NCBI GenBank assembly: GCA_963843145.1
Contig: CAWJJC010000020.1
Span: forward strand, 672,001 to 736,000
Source: an uncultured delta proteobacterium
GTDB taxonomy: Bacteria; Desulfobacterota; RBG-13-43-22
Length of the DNA stretch: 64,000 bases
Direction: 5' to 3'
A program made the position numbers and the translations under genes. Positions 58,499 through 64,000 of this stretch are shown here, piece by piece (the first letter of the stretch is position 1; each line of letters starts with the position of its first letter). A model generated the notes under the pieces. That model made no database searches, had not been told where the DNA came from, and saw only the letters and a program-made list of their open reading frames with translations.

Positions 58499-59224
58499 TT
58501 GAATCAAAACCTGGCCCCGCTGGGCGCCTTACATCAGGAACGAAGAATCAGCATCCTGGCCAATAACCTGAGCAATTCCATGACGGTGGGTTTCAAAAAA
58601 GATATCCCTGTTTTCAATTCCATTTTTTATCATGAACAGGAACAACTCAGAAATCAAAAGATGGAGACCACCCAGACCGATTTCAGCCAGGGGGAACTCC
58701 AGCGGACCGGCAACGACCTGGACCTGGCCCTGACCGGGGAAGGATTTTTTAAGATCAGCACTCCGTTGGGAATCCGCTACTCCCGAGCCGGTAATTTCCG
58801 GCTGGATACCCAGGGACGATTGGTCAACGCCGGCGGCTATCCGGTATTGGGAGAGGGTGGGGAAATCGTCCTGGACGGCAAGAAGAAGATCACCGTGGGT
58901 ACGGATGGGACCATCCGGGCCCAAGGGGTGGAAGCCGGCAGCACAGCGGAAACCGTGGGCAAGCCGGTCTTAGTGCGATTTAAGGATTCGAGTCTGCTCA
59001 AGAAAGAGGGACACGCCCTTTTTCGTCTCGATGAACCCCAGCCGGAACTGGGGGCGGAAGGGTTGGAGGTCCAACAGGGTTACCTGGAAACAGCCAATGT
59101 GAACGCCGTGGAAGAAATGACCAAAATGATGGAGGCCTTCCGGACCTATGAGAACTGCCTGAAAATTATGCAGGCTAATGATGAAATGACCGGCAAAGCC
59201 GTCAACGAGGTGGGTCGAACGTAA
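58499..59224 (+). CDS. flgF: Rod protein FlgF
   Basis: ANNLSN..GFKKD, TGNDLDLALTGEGFF and LETANVNAVEEM; lies before flgG. Confidence 0.92.
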   Translation: MNQNLAPLGALHQERRISILANNLSNSMTVGFKKDIPVFNSIFYHEQEQLRNQKMETTQTDFSQGELQRTGNDLDLALTGEGFFKISTPLGIRYSRAGNFRLDTQGRLVNAGGYPVLGEGGEIVLDGKKKITVGTDGTIRAQGVEAGSTAETVGKPVLVRFKDSSLLKKEGHALFRLDEPQPELGAEGLEVQQGYLETANVNAVEEMTKMMEAFRTYENCLKIMQANDEMTGKAVNEVGRT

Positions 59225-59282
59225 CCCAATGAGTCTTACCTAAAATTCAATCGAAATGAATGAATAAGGAGAAAGATACAAG

Positions 59283-60065
59283 ATGATACGCGGACTCTGG
59301 ACGGCAGCCACCGGCATGTCGGCCCAACAATCGAATGTGGCCGTTATCGCCAACAACCTGGCCAATGTTAATACCGCCGGCTTCAAACGAAGCCGGACCA
59401 ATTTCCAGGATTTGATGTACCAAAATATCCGCAACGCCGGTGCTTCGACTTCGGAAGGAAGCCAGTTGCCGGTGGGCATCCAAGTGGGCATGGGCACCAA
59501 GGTCATTTCGGTCAGCAAAAATTTTCAACAGGGGGATTACACCCATACCAACAACCCCCTGGATCTGGCCATTGACGGCCGCGGTTTTTTCAAATTGATC
59601 AGTAACGACCGGGAAGTGTACACCCGGGCCGGGTCCTTCAAAACCGACAAGGATGGATACATCATGGATAGCAATGGGAGCCGGCTCCAGCCTGAATTTG
59701 CCGTGCCCTCCCAAACCACGACCATCACCGTGGGTTCGGGGGGGAAATTGGTCTGCACCGATGCCGGCGGCAAGGAATTGGGGAGTGTCCAGATGCAGGT
59801 CTATGATTTCATCAATCCCGCCGGGCTTCAGGCCATCGGACAGAATTACTTTGTCAATACCGACGGATCCGGAGACCCGGTGGAAGGCAACCCCGGCACG
59901 GACCAATTTGGGTCCATCAGCCAAGGGTTCCTAGAAATGTCCAACGTGGACATCGTCGAGGAAATGGTGACCATGATCATCGCCCAACGGGCCTATGAAA
60001 TCAGCGCCAAGGCGATTCAAACCGGGGATGAAATGCTCCAACAAGTGAATAATCTCAAGCGGTAA
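59283..60065 (+). CDS. flgG: Distal rod protein FlgG
   Basis: LWTAATGM, ANNLANVNTAGFK, FQDLMYQ and LEMSNVDIVEEM. Confidence 0.97.
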   Translation: MIRGLWTAATGMSAQQSNVAVIANNLANVNTAGFKRSRTNFQDLMYQNIRNAGASTSEGSQLPVGIQVGMGTKVISVSKNFQQGDYTHTNNPLDLAIDGRGFFKLISNDREVYTRAGSFKTDKDGYIMDSNGSRLQPEFAVPSQTTTITVGSGGKLVCTDAGGKELGSVQMQVYDFINPAGLQAIGQNYFVNTDGSGDPVEGNPGTDQFGSISQGFLEMSNVDIVEEMVTMIIAQRAYEISAKAIQTGDEMLQQVNNLKR

Positions 60066-60095
60066 GAGATTCTTTTGGATCTTATTAGGCAGACT

Positions 60096-61085
60096 ATGAA
60101 AAATTCATGGCGTACTTTGGGAATCATAATCGGCTCCGGGCTACTGAGCCTGGGGCTTATGGCCGGGGCCGGCAAGGCGGAGTCCGGCCCGCGAATGCTT
60201 TTCAAAAGCCGGGCGACTGTTTCCGGTGAATGGATCCGGGTCGGCGATATAGCGGACCTCAAAGGGCTGCGGAGCGCCTTGACGGCGGAGATCAATCAAT
60301 TGCCGATCAAAGAGGCTCCCGAACCCGGGGAGGCCGCGGTGGTGACCCGCGAGGAGATCGCCTCGGCCCTAGAGACCGTCCCGGAGTGGATTCGGCGGCC
60401 TTGGGAGCTCGCGCCTCAGAAAATCACCGTTATTCGAGAAGGGCGTGTCCTGGGAGCGGAAGAGATCGGTCGAATCATAGCAGGTCATATCAGTAAGAAT
60501 CTGCCTGGGGGAAATCTCCAAGTGGAGGTGCGGGAGGTGCGGAATTTCGAGGAAGTCACCCTGCCGGCGGAAGCCCGATCCTGCAAGGTTTGGATTTCGG
60601 AACCCCTGCGCAAAGGCGGATGGGTTCGAGCCAACCTGGTCTTCTACGGGAAGGGAAAAGAAATAGAACGAATGACCGTGAACGCCCAGGTGGACCTTTA
60701 TCAAAAAGTGGTAGTGGCCGACCGCTACCTGAAGCGGCATCAGGAAATTCAGGCCGAGGACCTCCGGGTCATGCCCGTTAATCTTCAGCAACTGCCCCCG
60801 GATGCGGTCACCGACCCCCAGGAGGTCCTGGGGAAACGAATGATCGTCAACCTCAACGGACGGGAACCCATCCGGGCCTCCCTGCTCGAGGTCCCGCCTC
60901 TGGTTAAAAAGGGGGATGTGGTCAATGTCATCCTGGAAAGAAACAGCCTGCGGATTTCCTGCCTCGGCGAGATTAAGGAGACCGGGCGAAAAGGCGACCG
61001 GGTGAAACTGGTCAATCTCGGAAGCAAGAAAGAATTGTTCGCCCGGGTAGTAGACGCCGGCACCGTCCAACTGGATGTCAATTAA
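60096..61085 (+). CDS. flgA: P-ring formation chaperone FlgA
   Basis: Signal peptide, SAF-like VVVADRYL, PPLVKKGDVV and GRKGDRVKLVNLGSKK. Confidence 0.92.
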   Translation: MKNSWRTLGIIIGSGLLSLGLMAGAGKAESGPRMLFKSRATVSGEWIRVGDIADLKGLRSALTAEINQLPIKEAPEPGEAAVVTREEIASALETVPEWIRRPWELAPQKITVIREGRVLGAEEIGRIIAGHISKNLPGGNLQVEVREVRNFEEVTLPAEARSCKVWISEPLRKGGWVRANLVFYGKGKEIERMTVNAQVDLYQKVVVADRYLKRHQEIQAEDLRVMPVNLQQLPPDAVTDPQEVLGKRMIVNLNGREPIRASLLEVPPLVKKGDVVNVILERNSLRISCLGEIKETGRKGDRVKLVNLGSKKELFARVVDAGTVQLDVN

Positions 61086-61097
61086 GGGAACTGAACT

Positions 61098-61787
61098 ATG
61101 ACCCAATCCAAGAAAATAACCTGGGGAATCTTCATCCTGCTATCGATGGCTACCGGGGCCTGCATGCCCTTAACCTCCCACCGCTTGAATGCCACCCCGG
61201 TTGATCCGGCCCCGGCGGAGATCGCCGCCGTCTCGGAGGAGGGCTCCCTCTGGTCGGCCTCGACGGCCGCCAACCTCTTTACGGATTTAAAGGCCTCCCA
61301 CGTCAATGATATCCTCACCATCAGCATCGTGGAAACAGCTTCCGCCTCGAATAACGCCTCGACCAGCCTCGACCGGCAATCCGGATTGAAGGCCGGTTGG
61401 AGCGGGATACTGGAGGCCTTCCAGCAATTAGGCATGATCAAGGAATTGGGGAATTCTCACTCAGTCGATTTCGGGAACAAATTTGACGGCCAGGGAACCA
61501 CCACCAACTCTTCTAAACTGACGGCTTTCATTACCGCCCGAGTGATCAAGGTCCGGCCCAACGGCAATTTGGTCATCCGGGGGGCCAGGGACGTGCGGGT
61601 CAATAACGAGAACCAGTATATCTATCTTCAAGGTGAAGTCCGCCCGGTAGATATCTCCTCCAGCAATGTCGTCCTGTCCACCTACATCGCCGACGCGGTC
61701 ATCGAGCTGAGCGGCTACGGGGTAATCAGCGACAAGCAGCATCCGGGTTTAGTGGCCCGACTCCTGGATTGGATCTGGCCGTTTTAG
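61098..61787 (+). CDS. flgH: L-ring lipoprotein FlgH
   Basis: Lipobox-like TGAC, GSLW, LFTDLKA, PNGNLVIRG and GEVRPVDI. Confidence 0.95.
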   Translation: MTQSKKITWGIFILLSMATGACMPLTSHRLNATPVDPAPAEIAAVSEEGSLWSASTAANLFTDLKASHVNDILTISIVETASASNNASTSLDRQSGLKAGWSGILEAFQQLGMIKELGNSHSVDFGNKFDGQGTTTNSSKLTAFITARVIKVRPNGNLVIRGARDVRVNNENQYIYLQGEVRPVDISSSNVVLSTYIADAVIELSGYGVISDKQHPGLVARLLDWIWPF

Positions 61788-61865
61788 TATGAAAATATAT
61801 TCTGGATAAAGATCAACAGCGATACTGGATAAAAAACAATATTTCCGGAACGAAAGAAACGCTAA

Positions 61866-63107
61866 ATGGAAAACCATGTGAATAGGCCGCAGCCCGTCAA
61901 CCGAACCCCGATTACTCGATTAGGCTTCACCCTCCTCCTGGTCCTGGCCCTGGCCGCCCCGGGCTGGTCGGCCCGCCTGAAAGATATCGCCTCTATCAAG
62001 GGGATCCGCAGTAACCAATTAGTCGGTTACGGTCTGGTGGTGGGGCTGAATGGGACCGGGGACAGTTCGAACAACGTCGACTTCGCCATCCGCTCCACTT
62101 TGAACATGCTGGAGCGTATGGGCGTTCATGTGGAACGGGAGCGTTTCTCCAACATCAAGCTTAAGAACGTAGCCGCGGTCATGGTCACGGCCAACCTCCC
62201 GCCCTTTGCCCGTCTGGGAAGTAAGATCGATGTGGTCATCTCTTCCATTGGAGACGCTAAAAGCCTCCAAGGGGGGACCTTGCTCTTGACCCCTTTGAAA
62301 GGGGTGGACCATCAGGTCTACGCCCTGACCCAGGGTCCGATTACGGTGGGCGGGTATGTGGTTTCGGGGGGGGCTGGCGGAGGGGTGATTAAAAACCATC
62401 CCACGGTGGCGACCATTTCCAAGGGCGCGATTATTGAGCGGGAGGTGCCGGTGCGTCTGGCGGACAAGAAAGAGCTGTTCTTGGCCCTCTATACCTCCGA
62501 TTTCACCACCGCTGAAAAGGTCAAGGAGATCATCAACCGGTTTGCCGGGGCCGAAATGGCCCGATCGCTCGATTCCGGGACCATCCGGATCTCCATTCCG
62601 GAGGGTCACCAATCCAACCCGGCGGATTGGATTGCGGCCATCGAAAGGTTGGAGGTGACCCCCGATGCCCCGGCCAAAGTTGTCGTCAATGAGCGGACCG
62701 GCACCATCGTCATGGGCGAAAATGTGCGAATTTCCACGGTGGCCGTGGCCCACGGCAATCTGAGCATCCAGATCAAAGAAAATTTCAATGTTTCCCAGCC
62801 CCTGCCCTTCGCCCCGGGCGCTCAGCCGGGAGCATCCGGCCGGGGGGTGACGCCCAGCGGCGCCCCACCTCCCGGTGGAGGCACCGGACCGATTGTCGCC
62901 CCCGGGGGAGCCACGGTGGTCACCCCCGACTCGGATGTCTCGGTCAAAGAGGAAGGGAAAAAGTTGATGGTCGTGCCCCAGGGGGCTAATTTGGGCGAAC
63001 TGGTCCAGTCGTTGAATGCCATCGGGGTGACACCCCGGGACCTGATCTCCATCCTGCAGACGATCAAGTCGGCCGGCGCCTTACAGGCGGACCTGGAAAT
63101 AATCTAA
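61866..63107 (+). CDS. flgI: P-ring protein FlgI
   Basis: RLKDIA, NQLVGYGLVVGLNGTGD, SLQGGTLL and ILQTIKSAGAL. Confidence 0.97.
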   Translation: MENHVNRPQPVNRTPITRLGFTLLLVLALAAPGWSARLKDIASIKGIRSNQLVGYGLVVGLNGTGDSSNNVDFAIRSTLNMLERMGVHVERERFSNIKLKNVAAVMVTANLPPFARLGSKIDVVISSIGDAKSLQGGTLLLTPLKGVDHQVYALTQGPITVGGYVVSGGAGGGVIKNHPTVATISKGAIIEREVPVRLADKKELFLALYTSDFTTAEKVKEIINRFAGAEMARSLDSGTIRISIPEGHQSNPADWIAAIERLEVTPDAPAKVVVNERTGTIVMGENVRISTVAVAHGNLSIQIKENFNVSQPLPFAPGAQPGASGRGVTPSGAPPPGGGTGPIVAPGGATVVTPDSDVSVKEEGKKLMVVPQGANLGELVQSLNAIGVTPRDLISILQTIKSAGALQADLEII

Positions 63108-63112
63108 ATTTT

Positions 63113-63139
63113 TAAGAAAAAGGGAAATAATGCCGATTA
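63113..63139 (+). promoter_or_regulatory. Candidate sigma28 (FliA) promoter for flgJ-flgN
   Basis: TAAG-N15-GCCGATTA versus consensus TAAA-N15-GCCGATAA. Confidence 0.55.
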
Positions 63140-63507
63140 ACACCTTAGCCGTGAATCCGCCGCCCCTCCCGCTCCCGATGAAACCGGGCGGCAAAAAGAT
63201 CGATGAAAAGAAGCTGAAGAAGGCCTCCGAAGATTTTGAGGCCCTGTTTATCAATCAGCTTCTGCAATCCATGCGTCGGACGGTCCTGAAATCCAAATTA
63301 CTGGAAGACGCCCCCGGCAAGGAGGTTTATCAATCCCTGTTTGACCGGGAAATCAGTAAGAAAATGGCCCAAAAAGGGGCATTGGGCGTGGGAAAAATCA
63401 TCTACCGGAACGTGCTGGAACACGAAAAGGCTCGAATGGCCCGCCCGGCGAACGGTTTGCAAATGCCTGAAAGCGGAACCTTAACTGGATCGGGAGAAAA
63501 GCCATGA
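63130..63507 (+). CDS. flgJ: Single-domain FlgJ (rod-binding only, no muramidase); true start may be downstream
   Basis: LKKASEDFEALFINQLLQSMRRTV and YQSLFDREIS. Confidence 0.88.
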   Translation: MPINTLAVNPPPLPLPMKPGGKKIDEKKLKKASEDFEALFINQLLQSMRRTVLKSKLLEDAPGKEVYQSLFDREISKKMAQKGALGVGKIIYRNVLEHEKARMARPANGLQMPESGTLTGSGEKP

Positions 63508-64000
63508 GTCAGGAAACTTTAAGGGGCCAACAAGTACTGGATTGGCTGAAGACCGAAAAACAGGGGTATGAAGCTCTGTTGGCTCTTCTGGACCAGGAGT
63601 GGGAGTGTCTTAAAAGGCGGGATATCACCCAGCTCATTCCTCTGACCCGGGCCAAAGAGAGCCGGATCCTGGAGCTTCATGATCTGGCTCAAAAAATCAG
63701 GCCTTATCTGCCGTTGGAAAAAGCGGCTGACAAATATACGGAAATCGGAGGGCCAGGCGGCGGGTCACAGGCTCAAGCCTCAGACCCCCGGGAAGCCGCT
63801 CTGGCCAAGGTTCAAAAATCCATCCGGAAAATAAAAATGGATATCCAGACCCGGAATGAAAGGAACCGGCGCTATATCGAGGAGAGCTTGAGGGTCATCG
63901 AAGAGTTCTTTTCCCTCCTGGCCCCACCGCCGGATAAACCAGCCGCCTATAGCCCCTTTGAAAACCGGCGGGCCATGAACTCCGGGGGCCCTTCCTCTTT
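63504..64000 (+). CDS. flgN: FlgN export chaperone (runs off the window end)
   Basis: Own translation: MSQETL..YEALLALLDQEWECLKRRDITQL..RNERNRRYIEESL; ATGA overlap with flgJ. Confidence 0.75.
   Translation, partial: MSQETLRGQQVLDWLKTEKQGYEALLALLDQEWECLKRRDITQLIPLTRAKESRILELHDLAQKIRPYLPLEKAADKYTEIGGPGGGSQAQASDPREAALAKVQKSIRKIKMDIQTRNERNRRYIEESLRVIEEFFSLLAPPPDKPAAYSPFENRRAMNSGGPSS

Overview
Bacterial chromosomal window. Gene content and order suggest a Desulfobacterota/deltaproteobacterium (inference). It has three blocks. (1) 1-9.4 kb is a defence island: a Type I restriction-modification locus (hsdM-hsdS-hsdR) with cargo genes inside it (Fic between hsdM and hsdS; a TIR protein, a 5'-truncated partner gene and a DUF1828/DUF1829-type gene between hsdS and hsdR), followed by a decayed MNT-HEPN toxin-antitoxin pair. 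The 3' two-thirds of hsdR is visibly GC-richer and carries many frameshifts. (2) 9.4-24.5 kb holds housekeeping genes and a TetR-preceded futalosine (menaquinone) operon: mqnE, mqnC, an MTAP-fold enzyme where mqnB would be expected, an aminofutalosine-deaminase-like gene, ubiD-like and ubiA-like genes, and a SsuABC-type importer. mqnA, mqnB and mqnD are not in the window. (3) 24.5-64 kb is a large flagellar cluster (fapA, two sigma54 activators, flgBC-fliEFGHIJ, fliK-flgDE, fliLMNOPQR-flhBAFG-fliA-cheY, flgFGAHIJN) with six readable sigma54 promoters, two distinct candidate enhancer motifs, and a 319-bp MITE-like, highly base-paired element with an 8-bp target duplication between flgE and fliL. 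The best candidates for new biology are the TIR gene in the PrrC slot of the RM locus, the MTAP-fold MqnB substitute with its coupled importer, the MITE/structured RNA, and the LysM-RlpA plus D-to-E activator/AMIN-TPR flagellar module. Isolated single frameshifts (mqnC, fliK, second fliL, MNT) may be sequencing indels. All family assignments come from motif recognition by eye, not database searches. No rRNA, tRNA or CRISPR array was seen.
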